From Alphaproteobacteria bacterium (GTDB taxonomy: Bacteria; Pseudomonadota; Alphaproteobacteria; MPNO01; UBA830), in NCBI GenBank assembly GCA_964291215.2, contig OZ219790.1, positions 800,001-864,000 on the forward strand: a stretch of 64,000 nt of DNA. The letters are read 5' to 3'. The translations under genes were made by a program, and so were the position numbers. Shown here piece by piece: positions 38,307 to 47,771 of this stretch. The stretch's first letter is position 1. The number at the start of each line of letters is the position of its first letter. A model generated the notes under the pieces. It was not told where the DNA came from, did not search any database, and saw nothing but the letters and a program-made list of their open reading frames with translations.

Positions 38307-41206
38307 GCGCCCATCCCCGCCCCTGGCTGCAGTGCGTTGAGCTCCATCCCGATGTGCTTTCCGACGATTTCTCCGAGGACATCTTTGCGCTCGATCTCGG
38401 CACCCTGGCCGACTACCTGATCGGCAAGGAGCAGGAGCGGCCCGACCCGGAGCTGGGGCGCGTCCCGGCGGTGTATCGCGATGCCCGCAGCTTCTTCGAC
38501 GCGTCGTATCTGACGAGCGGCCTCAAGTCCCTCCTCGAAGATGTGCTCGGACGCCTTTCCGGCGCCGGAGGCAACCGGGTGCTCAGATTGCAAACGCCCT
38601 TCGGTGGCGGCAAGTCTCATACCCTGGCTGCCCTGCTGCACGCAGCCCGAACCCGCGCGGCGCTCGATGCGCTGCCGGAAGCGGCCGAACTTCCGAGACC
38701 GGAGGGTGTGCGCGTCGCGGTCATCGATGGACAGTTCTTCGACCCGACCAACGGGAAACGAGCTTCCGGCTCGGACATCAACGCGAGGACTCTCTGGGGC
38801 TGGGTCGGCTGGGCGCTCGGCGGCCGGCAAGGCTATGACCTGGTGCGCGCACAGGACGAGGCCCGGGTCGCGCCCGGTGCCGATGCGCTGGTCGAACTGC
38901 TCAAGGGCGGGCCGAGCCTGATCCTCCTCGACGAACTGCTGCAGTATCTCATCAGTGCCGGCGGAATACGCGTCGAGCAGACCACACTTCGCGACGAGGC
39001 GTTGTCGTTCCTTCAGCGGTTGACCGTAGCGGTCGGGAGTGTGGACAACGCAGTACTGGTTTACTCGTTGCAGTCGAGCAAGCGCGAGTCCCTCGAATAC
39101 ACCAGCCTGCTCCGGACCGTTGAGCATCTGGCAGACCGCAAGGACCAGCGCCGCGAGCCGGTGGAAGGCAATGAGATCCTCAACGTCATCCAGCGCCGGC
39201 TGCTCGCCGGAGAGCCTGATGCGAGCGTTACGACCACCGTGGCAGATGCCTATGGTGAAGTGTTCACCCAGATGCGGCGAGCCCACGCGCAGGGTGAACC
39301 GGAGCGTCTGCAAGCAGAGGAAGAAGGCGCGGCGCTGCGTGAACGGATCAAGGCGTCGTATCCGTTCCACCCTGCCCTCATCGACCTGATGCGCGAGCGC
39401 TGGGCCGCCATCCCGGACTTCCAGCGCACCCGCGGCTCACTGCGTTTCCTGGCCTCCTGTCTTCGCGCAGCCCACCGCGCGGGCGCCTCCGGCTTTCTAC
39501 TCGGGCCCGGCGACGTTCCCGTTCAGGAGAACGATGTGCGCCTTGCCTTCTTCAAGGAGGTCGGCCAGCGCGAGGACTTCCAGGCGTGTCTGGAGCACGA
39601 CTTCGTCGGCGCCAACGCGCGTGCGCGCCGCATCGACGACCGGCGCGCGCGGGAGGTCACGGTCGAGGCAGGAAAGCAACCCGCCTCCCGTCTTGCCACC
39701 ACCATGCTGCTCCACTCCTTCGGCGGACTACGTCGGGGAGGGGGAGAGCACGGCGACCTGCTGCCCCCCGGCATCGGCGAGCCGGATCTGCTCGGCGCGA
39801 GCATCGGGCCCGACCTCGACACGACCACCATCCAGGCTTGCCTCAAGGAACTCAGGGAGCAATGCCTGTACCTGCATTTCGATGGCGTGCGCTACTGCTT
39901 CAAGAGGGATCCCAACGTCACGTTGCTTGTCGAACAGGAAGCCGATGCCGTCGGCAGGGACGAAAGTCGGGTTCACGCGCGCATCCGCGACATGCTCGAA
40001 GAGCGACTTGCCGGACAGCGCGCCCTCGTTTGGCCGGACAAACCGAGCGACGTGCCGGACCGGGAGCCGAGCTTCCTGATCGCCTACCTGCCGCTCGAGT
40101 TCGCAGCGCGACCGGAGGCGGAACGGCGCCACGAGGCGCTTTTGCTGTACGAGCAGTTCGGCGGCCGGCAACGCGAATTCCGCAACGGCCTCGGGCTTGC
40201 TGTTCCGGCTGCCGATCAGGTTGGGAATTTGCAGCGCAGCGTGCGCTATTTGCTCGCGGTCGAGCGAGTCCAGGGGAAATGGCGCCAACACAACCTCACC
40301 GATGCGCAGCGGAGCCAACTCAAGGAGCGCGGCGCTACGGAGACCGCGGCGACCGAATCCGCGTTGCTTCGGCTCTATGGCGAAGTCTGGTTGCCCGCGG
40401 CCGGCGAAAGAAAGCTGACCATCGACTCGGTCAGCCTGGGGGGGCGCCCCCTACAGATCACGCTCGACGACAAGAAGCGCGCGCTCATTCACCAGCGCCT
40501 GATGGAGCTGCTGACGAATGTTCAGCGGCGGGTGTTCACAACGGTGGCGCCCGGAAAGCTCGTCGAGCTCTTCAAGCTGGGTGAGCCAGGCAACCACGCT
40601 TCTGGCATTGCCACCGACAAGGTGCTGGCCGGCTTTTTCGAATTCCTCGGATTCCCGCGCATACTCTCCGTCGAAGCGGTGCGCAGGGCCGTCGCTCGAG
40701 GGGTGGAGACCGGCCTCTTCGGCTTTGTCACCGGGCGCCCTCCACTTGGCGATGATGGCCGTTATCGGATCGACCGGAGCCGCGTCGCTTTCGAGCGTAG
40801 CGTCGCCGACGACGAAATCGATCTCGATTCAGGCTTCCTCATCGTCCCGGGGGCACTGCCGGAAAAACGCGCCACCTCGGAGACAGCGACTGGTGATGGC
40901 GACCTTCCCGGCGAGGGCGCAGGTGAAGCAGCGGCCGGTGGCGGGACCGAAGAGAGCGGTGATGCGGAAAACGAGACGACTTCCACCGGGGCTTCCGACG
41001 CACGGGAATTCAGCCTGCATTTCGCTGCGCGCCAGAGCGACCTGTATGGCGCATGGAACGCCCTCGCCAATCTCGCCGATGTTGCGGGCGAGGTCTCCAT
41101 CGACGCCGGAGCCAAGCTGCCAGAAGGCTACGACAGGGCCAAGCTGGAAAACGGGGTGATCGAGCCGCTTCGCGAACTCGGTCTGATTGCGGACGAGAAC
41201 GGATGA
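38303..41206 (+). CDS. DUF499 AAA+ ATPase
   Basis: HPDV...FALDL, FFDASYLT.GL, LQTPFGGGKSHTL, LILLDEL, SYPFHP, FQRTRG.LR. Confidence 0.92.
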   Translation: MSAHPRPWLQCVELHPDVLSDDFSEDIFALDLGTLADYLIGKEQERPDPELGRVPAVYRDARSFFDASYLTSGLKSLLEDVLGRLSGAGGNRVLRLQTPFGGGKSHTLAALLHAARTRAALDALPEAAELPRPEGVRVAVIDGQFFDPTNGKRASGSDINARTLWGWVGWALGGRQGYDLVRAQDEARVAPGADALVELLKGGPSLILLDELLQYLISAGGIRVEQTTLRDEALSFLQRLTVAVGSVDNAVLVYSLQSSKRESLEYTSLLRTVEHLADRKDQRREPVEGNEILNVIQRRLLAGEPDASVTTTVADAYGEVFTQMRRAHAQGEPERLQAEEEGAALRERIKASYPFHPALIDLMRERWAAIPDFQRTRGSLRFLASCLRAAHRAGASGFLLGPGDVPVQENDVRLAFFKEVGQREDFQACLEHDFVGANARARRIDDRRAREVTVEAGKQPASRLATTMLLHSFGGLRRGGGEHGDLLPPGIGEPDLLGASIGPDLDTTTIQACLKELREQCLYLHFDGVRYCFKRDPNVTLLVEQEADAVGRDESRVHARIRDMLEERLAGQRALVWPDKPSDVPDREPSFLIAYLPLEFAARPEAERRHEALLLYEQFGGRQREFRNGLGLAVPAADQVGNLQRSVRYLLAVERVQGKWRQHNLTDAQRSQLKERGATETAATESALLRLYGEVWLPAAGERKLTIDSVSLGGRPLQITLDDKKRALIHQRLMELLTNVQRRVFTTVAPGKLVELFKLGEPGNHASGIATDKVLAGFFEFLGFPRILSVEAVRRAVARGVETGLFGFVTGRPPLGDDGRYRIDRSRVAFERSVADDEIDLDSGFLIVPGALPEKRATSETATGDGDLPGEGAGEAAAGGGTEESGDAENETTSTGASDAREFSLHFAARQSDLYGAWNALANLADVAGEVSIDAGAKLPEGYDRAKLENGVIEPLRELGLIADENG

Positions 41207-41258
41207 CCTTGCCTGCCAGCCGATACCGCCGATCGAACACTTCTGGATTGACCGCACC

Positions 41259-43226
41259 ATGATACTCAAACGAGTACAAATCACCAACTTTCAGAGCATT
41301 CGGGATTCGACGGAGTTCGAGATCGGCGAGGTAACATGCCTTGTCGGGAAAAATGAGGCAGGAAAGACCGCGCTGCTGAAGGCGCTGTATCGACTTAACC
41401 CAATTCGCGCATCTGACGCAGATTTCGATACGACCAGAGACTACCCGCGTCGTGATCTGGTCGACTATGAGGAAGGCCTTGAGAACGGCACCCAAGACGT
41501 TGCGCAGGTCGTCCGGGCAACCTACGCACTTGATGCTGATTGCATCGAAGCAATCGAATCCATGTATGGAGTCCATTGCCTGAAGGACAGGAATGCAATT
41601 GTTGAACTGCGCAAGGACTACTCCAACGAGGTGACGTACTCCGGGCTGCAGATAGACCATGAAGCTGTAGTATCCCATCTCGTGGCCAGCGCTGGTCTGC
41701 CAAAACCCCTGAGTGACACGCCGGGATCCTGCAAGAGCATCCCGGAAATAATCGAAGCCCTTCAAGACACTGAAGAAACAGATGCGTCACAAGAGCTCTG
41801 CCGACGTCTCGACGAAATACCCGGTGGAGATGTGGAGAACGCGATATACCACCAGATAATTTCCCCTAAGCTGCCCAAATTTCTGTATTTCGATGAATAC
41901 TACCAGATGAAGGGACAGGATAACCTCGATGCGCTCCAGGATCGCCGCAATCAAGACAATCTTGAGGAGGCTGATGAACCGCTGCTCGGGCTTATTGAAC
42001 TTGCCGGGCTAGATCTGGATCAACTTACGAATCCCGAACAAACTGAAAAGTTGCTCGGCCGGCTTGAAGCAGCGGAGAACCGGCTTACGAACAAGGCACT
42101 GAAATACTGGTCTCAAAATAGCCACTTGCGCATGAAATTTGATATTCGTCCTGGTCAACCTGGAGATCCTCCCGACATGACGAGCGGGATGAACATCCTG
42201 GGAAGAGTGCAGGACACCAAACACATGGTCAGTACCGCCCTTGGCACAAGGTCTCGCGGCTTCATATGGTTCTTTTCCTTTCTCGCATGGTATTCAAAGC
42301 TCCGCAAGCAGGGCGAAAACCTCATTCTGCTGTTGGATGAACCCGGACTATCTCTCCACGCAAAAGCCCAGGCAGACCTGCTTCGCTACTTCGAGGAGGA
42401 ACTCAGGCCGCATCACCAGCTCATCTATACGACGCATTCACCTTTCATGGTCGATCCGACGCGCTTCGATCGCGTCCGGATTGTTCAGGACTTGAGCGTA
42501 GAAGAGGGGTCGGATGATCTGCCGGACGACAAACAGGGGACAAGGGTAGTTGGCGATGTTCTCGATGCAACTCCGGACAGTCTGTTCCCACTCCAGGGTG
42601 CCCTAGGATACGAGATTCATCAGACATTATTCGTAGGCCCCAATTGCTTGGTTGTTGAAGGTGCTTCGGACCTTCTGTACATCCAGACCATGTCAGCCCT
42701 TCTTGAGAAACGGGGCAGGACCGGTCTCAGTGCTCGATGGACGATCACGCCTGTGGGAGGCGCTGGGAAGGTTCCAACGTTCGTGGCACTGATCGGTGCG
42801 CAGAACGACCTGAATGTGGCGGTACTTGTTGATTTTCATGAACGTGATCGGCAGCAAGTAGAAAATCTGTACAGGAAGAAATTGTTGAAGAGGCAGAATA
42901 TATTAACGTTCACAGATTTCACTCAGGGCGACGAAGCGGATATTGAAGATTTGTTCGGCGTTGAATTCTATTTGCGCCTGGTGAATGCGGAGTTTGGGTG
43001 CGAAATCCGGTCCACTGAATTGGACTCAGATCATCCTCGAGTTATCTGGCGAATCGAGGAGTATCTGAAAGGAAACCCACTTCCGGGGGAAGTTCGCTTC
43101 AGCCACTATCGCCCGGCGCGGTACTTCAGCGAGAATGCCAACGCGCTCGCGGAGCACCTGGGAGATAACGACCTTGGTCGCTTTGAGTCTGTCTTCCAAG
43201 CGGTTAACGGGCTTCTGCCGAATTAA
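41259..43226 (+). CDS. OLD-family-like ABC ATPase with C-terminal toprim domain (ATP-dependent nuclease)
   Basis: ITNFQSIRD, LVGKNEAGKT, RSRGFIWFFSF, LLLDEPGLSLH, YTTHSPF, LVVEGASD, DIEDLF; visibly more AT-rich than its flanks. Confidence 0.85.
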   Translation: MILKRVQITNFQSIRDSTEFEIGEVTCLVGKNEAGKTALLKALYRLNPIRASDADFDTTRDYPRRDLVDYEEGLENGTQDVAQVVRATYALDADCIEAIESMYGVHCLKDRNAIVELRKDYSNEVTYSGLQIDHEAVVSHLVASAGLPKPLSDTPGSCKSIPEIIEALQDTEETDASQELCRRLDEIPGGDVENAIYHQIISPKLPKFLYFDEYYQMKGQDNLDALQDRRNQDNLEEADEPLLGLIELAGLDLDQLTNPEQTEKLLGRLEAAENRLTNKALKYWSQNSHLRMKFDIRPGQPGDPPDMTSGMNILGRVQDTKHMVSTALGTRSRGFIWFFSFLAWYSKLRKQGENLILLLDEPGLSLHAKAQADLLRYFEEELRPHHQLIYTTHSPFMVDPTRFDRVRIVQDLSVEEGSDDLPDDKQGTRVVGDVLDATPDSLFPLQGALGYEIHQTLFVGPNCLVVEGASDLLYIQTMSALLEKRGRTGLSARWTITPVGGAGKVPTFVALIGAQNDLNVAVLVDFHERDRQQVENLYRKKLLKRQNILTFTDFTQGDEADIEDLFGVEFYLRLVNAEFGCEIRSTELDSDHPRVIWRIEEYLKGNPLPGEVRFSHYRPARYFSENANALAEHLGDNDLGRFESVFQAVNGLLPN

Positions 43227-43272
43227 CTCCGCGCTTGAACAAACATCCTGAAGGGATTCTTGCGATGGGGAT

Positions 43273-44673
43273 GTGTCCTTGACACGCGAAGAGGTGGCGG
43301 CGTTGGCCTCGATGGGTGAGTCCGAGGTGCTGGAGTTCAAGGCTACCACCGGAACGCGCCGCGAGGCGGCGGCGACCGTATGTGCGATGCTGAACCAGCG
43401 CGGTGGACTTGTGCTGTTCGGGGTCGCGCCGGACAGCCGTGTCGTGGGTCAGCGGATCGGCGAACGGACAATTGAGCAGGTGAGCGCCGAAATCCAGCGG
43501 ATCGAGCCGCCCGCGTTTCCGGAGATCGAGCGCGTTCGTGTACGGGAGGATTTGGAGGTCATTGCGGTTCGGGTGGGCCCCGGGGCGTCGCCACCGTATC
43601 AGTACCGGGGGGCTTCCTATCTGCGTGTCGGCAATACGACGCAGGCCATGTCCGCCGAAGAATACAACCGCTTGCTTTTCGAGCGCATGCACAACGATCG
43701 ACGTTGGGAGAACCAGCCCGCCGACGGGTGGACGGTAGACGACCTGGACGTCGCAGAGATTCGCAATACGGTCGCGGAGGCTGTGCGGACCGGCCGTCTT
43801 GACGAACCTGGCGGCCTGAATTCAGAGGACATGCTGCGCGGGTTGGGGCTGCTGCGCGGCGGCGTCCTGTTCCGGGCCGCCGCGGTGTTGTTCGGAAACG
43901 CGGAGCGCCTCGAAAGCGAAATGCCGCAGTGCCTGCTCCGCGTAGCCCGCTTCCGGGGCGTTGACCGTTCGGAGTTTCTCGACAATCGTCAGTTCATCGG
44001 GAACGCGTTCATCCTGCTTGCGAGCGCCTCACGCTTTCTGCGCGATACGCTCCCCATCGCGAGCCGCTTCGAGCCCGGCCGCATGGCGCGCATCGACGAG
44101 CCGCTCTACCCGCCCCTTGCAACGCGGGAGGCGCTGGCGAACGCCCTGTGCCATCGAGATTATGCCATGGGCGGCGGCTCCATTGGGCTTGCAGTCTACG
44201 ACGACCGACTGGAGATAACCTCGACCGGTCCACTGCACTTCGGACTGACTCCGGAGGACCTCTTCGGACCGCACGAGTCGCGGCCCTGGAACCCGCTCAT
44301 CGCCCGCACGTTCTATCGGCGCGGCATCATCGAGGAATGGGGCCGCGGCACGATCAAAATGGCCGACCTGGCGACATCGGCCGGGCTACCACGCCCGGAG
44401 ATCGAGGAACGGGGCGATTGCGTGACGGTGCGCTTCCGGCGCGCTGACTACGTGCCGCCTAGACACGACGACGGCGAACTGACGGAACAGCAGAGGACAG
44501 TGTTGACGCTTATTCATCGGTCCGGCGGCGCTTTGGCGCTCCGGGATATCCGCGCTGCCCTGGGGTCTCAGGCAAACCAGCGGCGGCTACGGGAAGACCT
44601 CGCCACTCTGAAGGCCAAGGGGTTGGTGGAGTCCACCGGGGTGGGTCGGGGAGCACGCTGGAAAGCCCTGTAG
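43273..44673 (+). CDS. Schlafen/AlbA_2 domain + HATPase_c_4-type domain + winged HTH protein
   Basis: GESEVLEFK...VCAMLNQRGG.VLFGV, REALANALCHRDY, YDDRLEITSTG, SRPWNPLIA, IEEWGRG; C-terminal DLATLKAKGLVESTGVGRGARW. Confidence 0.9.
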   Translation: MSLTREEVAALASMGESEVLEFKATTGTRREAAATVCAMLNQRGGLVLFGVAPDSRVVGQRIGERTIEQVSAEIQRIEPPAFPEIERVRVREDLEVIAVRVGPGASPPYQYRGASYLRVGNTTQAMSAEEYNRLLFERMHNDRRWENQPADGWTVDDLDVAEIRNTVAEAVRTGRLDEPGGLNSEDMLRGLGLLRGGVLFRAAAVLFGNAERLESEMPQCLLRVARFRGVDRSEFLDNRQFIGNAFILLASASRFLRDTLPIASRFEPGRMARIDEPLYPPLATREALANALCHRDYAMGGGSIGLAVYDDRLEITSTGPLHFGLTPEDLFGPHESRPWNPLIARTFYRRGIIEEWGRGTIKMADLATSAGLPRPEIEERGDCVTVRFRRADYVPPRHDDGELTEQQRTVLTLIHRSGGALALRDIRAALGSQANQRRLREDLATLKAKGLVESTGVGRGARWKAL

Positions 44674-44683
44674 AACGCGGCGT

Positions 44684-44743
44684 CGGCTCATTCCGGCTGA
44701 TTGCGGCTCATTCCGGCTGATTGCGGCTCATTCCGGCCCATTG
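44684..44743. repeat. Six phased 10-bp repeats, consensus CGGCT(C/G)ATT(C/G)
   Basis: CGGCTCATTC-CGGCTGATTG-CGGCTCATTC-CGGCTGATTG-CGGCTCATTC-CGGCCCATTG between two convergent genes. Confidence 0.9.
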
Positions 44744-44816
44744 AAGAAACCCATGACCCGCGTTGTGCTATGGCGACTACCCGCGCCGCCGAAGAGGGAG
44801 CCGCCGTCAACTCCTC

Positions 44817-47771
44817 TCACAACCCGAGATCCACGTCCTTGCCGTGGCCGCGCTCGCGCATCGGTAACTCCTGCTCCTCAGCTGGCAGCGGGATGCCCGT
44901 TCGGCCCGCTTCGGCGCCCGTCCCCGGACCTTGAGCCGGCTGACGGTCGACGCCTTGCACGGCATTGTTCGCCTTGCCCTCCATCTCCGGCTCTGCCCTG
45001 GCAATTCCCTCCAGTGCCGATATGCGTTCGCCGGTAACGGATTCCAGCTGTTCCTTCAGCGCCGCCCTGTCGTCGGTGACGAGTTCCGCCCGGTCGCGGG
45101 CGCGGCTGATTTCGACGTAGAAGCTCTTCTGCGTGGTGAGGTGCGGATGGTTCGCCTCCATGGCGGCGATCACGTTGTCGACGGTTCGCCCCTGGAACGC
45201 ATGCACGGTCGAGGCCCAGGCATGGTCGAGATGACGCAGTTGCGGATCGCTTGCGCCCAGGGTGAGCATGCGCCCGTCCTCGAGCCGGAACGAGACCCTG
45301 CCGCCGGTCACTGCCGTCACCTCGGCGGTGTGGCTGTTGACGAGGCCGAGCGCCTGGTCGTTGCGGGTCCAGCGCACGCGGTCGCCGGCGCGGAGCCCGA
45401 TCGTTTCCACGCGGTAGACCTCGCTGCCGCCGCGCCGTCCGGCGATCTCGCCGGGCTTCCAGCGCACGGTCCCGCCCTCGCCGCCATCGAGCAGGACTTC
45501 CCGGCGTTCGTGATCGACCCCCGCGACCTGCCGCTCGTCGCCCTTCTCGACCCCGATCCGCCGGTAGGGCCGGTAGAACGCGACCACGTCGCCCGGCGCG
45601 TAGTTTCCGGCGAGCGCCTTTTCGGCGTTAGTGTAGCCCTTCGAGACGAGGCGTTCGCCCTCGAGCACGGGGCCGTGGATACGGCCCTCGCGTGCGAGGC
45701 GCTCGCGGATGTGTCCGTTGATGGCCTGGCGCAGTTCGTGGCTCGGGGCCATCACCCCGGTGCGCTCTCGCTCTTCCTGGGACAGCCCGAGCCAGCGCGC
45801 GGCAACGGCGCCGGCGATGTTGTCGGCCTTCACCTCGGCGACATTCGCCCCGAGCTTCCCGAAGGCCCTGCCGATGTCGCCCGCGAGGCTTGCCTCGACG
45901 GCGGCCTTCAGGCCGGGGTCGCGCTGGCGCAGGATCTCGTCCATGACGGCGGTCTTCATGCCCGCCTGCTGCAACTGGGCGAACGGCTTGCCGGCGTCCA
46001 CCGCGTCGAGCTGCTTCGCGTCGCCGACCAGCAAGACCCGAGGGATGCGCAGCACGGTCGCGATGCGCAGCAGGTCGCGGGCCTGGACGGTGGAGGCGAG
46101 CGAGCCTTCGTCCACCACGAGCACGGTCTTCGCGAAGGCGGCGCGCATCTCGCGCTCGCCCTTCCTGGAGAGCCGGCCCCCGGCGACGCCGGCGTTGCGG
46201 GCGAGGAAGAGCTGGAGCGTCTCGCCGTCGATACCGGCCTCGGCGCCGAGCGTGCGGGCGGCCGAGGCCGAGGGCGCGAGCCCGATCATGCGGTAGCCGC
46301 TCCTTTCGGCGAGCGCCCGGACGCGCCTCAGCATGTTCGTCTTGCCGGAGCCGGCATATCCCTGCACCCCCACCACCCGGTCCCTGGCACCGAGGATGAG
46401 CTTGACCGCTTCGCGCTGCCCGTGCGTCAGCGGCCCCCCGTGCAGCCGCGCGCTCACCATCCAGCTCCGCATCACCGGCCGGCTCCGGTTCTGGCCGCCG
46501 CGCATCAGGCGCAAGGTCTCCCGCTCGTCGGCGAGCGCCCTGTCCGTGGTCAGCCCGCCGCCCGGGTCGAGCGCGGGGGCCGCGTGAAGCGTGCCGGCGT
46601 CCAGGAGGCCGTCCACCGCCTTCTCCGCCGCCTCGACCGTGACCGCGCCGGGCTGCCAGGCCAGCGCCGCGGCGAGGAGGTCGGCGCGGCTGAACACGGC
46701 CTCGCGCTCGGCGAGATGGGCCACGGCCCAGTCCAGAGCCTGCGCCGCCGCGCCGGGTTCGCCCGGGCTTTCCTTCGCGGGGGCCGGCCCCTCGCGCGAG
46801 GGTCCGTCCGTTTCCCGCGCCGCGCCTGCGCTCGGGCCCGCGTCCCGGGACAGCGCATCCGCGGCGAGGGCGGGGCCATCGAACCCGAGGCCCGCGGCCT
46901 GCTTCCGCCAGCTCTCATGCAACGCGCCCTTGTCGATGTCGCGCTTGCGGGCGCGGGTCATGAGCGCCGCGCGCCCGGCAAGGCGCTGGTTCTCCGCGGT
47001 GCCCGCCGCCCCCCGCTCGGCCACCGCCGCCTCGATCTCCGCGCGCCTTGTCGAGAACGCCTCGATCACGCCGCGGGAGACCCCCGCGATCTCGAAGCGC
47101 CCGTCGGCGTGGCTCTTCTCCACGCGATAGCCGAGGCTGGCGAGCCCCCGCGCGAGTTCGCTGCGGTAGACCATGCCGATCAGCTTCTGCCGGCGGTAGA
47201 GCGGCTCGTTGGCCATGGCGCGCCACTTGCCGTCCTCGCCCCTGACCATGTTGGCGAGCACCGCGTGGGTGTGGAGCTGGGGGTCGAGGTTGCGGGAGGT
47301 GTCGTGGCGGAAGGTGGCGGCGACGATCTTCTGGCCGCCCGCGCGGACCATGCGTCCGGTCTCCGGGTCGCGCATGCGGGTCTCGGCGGCGTTCTGCTCG
47401 ACCCAGGCGAGCGCGCGGCCTACCGCCCGGTCGTGGGCCTCGACCGCGCGCGCGTCGCCGCCGACCAGCGCTGCGAGGGATACGGACTTCGGCGCACTGA
47501 ACGTCAGGTCGCGGCCGGGGCGGTGGATAAGGTTGCCGTGCCGGTCGAGGCGGCCGAGCCGCTGCCCCGACCCGTCGGGCACCTCGCCTTCGAGAACGGC
47601 CCTGAACGTCTCCGGATCGACCGGCCCCTGGAGGCCGAGCCCGGCCGCGCCCTTGCCGGCCCAGGCGCTCGCGTCCCTGTGCGCGGGATCGTCCTTCGCG
47701 TAGTAGCCGTCGCGCTCGTAGTAGGAGGTGCCCTGTGCGGGCGAGGCGACGGCGCCGATGGAGACGACCAT
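44817..47771 (-). CDS. traI: MOBF conjugative relaxase-helicase (TrwC/TraI)
   Basis: SYYERDGYY, DLTFSAPKSVS, HDTSRNLDPQLHTH; helicase VQGYAGSGKT, VDEGS, HAWASTVHAFQG; TGATG coupling with traD. Confidence 0.95.
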   Translation of the reverse strand: MVVSIGAVASPAQGTSYYERDGYYAKDDPAHRDASAWAGKGAAGLGLQGPVDPETFRAVLEGEVPDGSGQRLGRLDRHGNLIHRPGRDLTFSAPKSVSLAALVGGDARAVEAHDRAVGRALAWVEQNAAETRMRDPETGRMVRAGGQKIVAATFRHDTSRNLDPQLHTHAVLANMVRGEDGKWRAMANEPLYRRQKLIGMVYRSELARGLASLGYRVEKSHADGRFEIAGVSRGVIEAFSTRRAEIEAAVAERGAAGTAENQRLAGRAALMTRARKRDIDKGALHESWRKQAAGLGFDGPALAADALSRDAGPSAGAARETDGPSREGPAPAKESPGEPGAAAQALDWAVAHLAEREAVFSRADLLAAALAWQPGAVTVEAAEKAVDGLLDAGTLHAAPALDPGGGLTTDRALADERETLRLMRGGQNRSRPVMRSWMVSARLHGGPLTHGQREAVKLILGARDRVVGVQGYAGSGKTNMLRRVRALAERSGYRMIGLAPSASAARTLGAEAGIDGETLQLFLARNAGVAGGRLSRKGEREMRAAFAKTVLVVDEGSLASTVQARDLLRIATVLRIPRVLLVGDAKQLDAVDAGKPFAQLQQAGMKTAVMDEILRQRDPGLKAAVEASLAGDIGRAFGKLGANVAEVKADNIAGAVAARWLGLSQEERERTGVMAPSHELRQAINGHIRERLAREGRIHGPVLEGERLVSKGYTNAEKALAGNYAPGDVVAFYRPYRRIGVEKGDERQVAGVDHERREVLLDGGEGGTVRWKPGEIAGRRGGSEVYRVETIGLRAGDRVRWTRNDQALGLVNSHTAEVTAVTGGRVSFRLEDGRMLTLGASDPQLRHLDHAWASTVHAFQGRTVDNVIAAMEANHPHLTTQKSFYVEISRARDRAELVTDDRAALKEQLESVTGERISALEGIARAEPEMEGKANNAVQGVDRQPAQGPGTGAEAGRTGIPLPAEEQELPMRERGHGKDVDLGL

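Noticed and set aside
31933-41206. BREX or DISARM system
   Set aside because: No PglZ, BrxA/B/L, DUF1998 or PLD gene was recognised; the domain set fits the DUF499/DUF1156 restriction-like class.
41259-43226. Gabija, PARIS or retron-associated effector
   Set aside because: No adjacent UvrD (GajB), separate AriB-like gene or reverse transcriptase.
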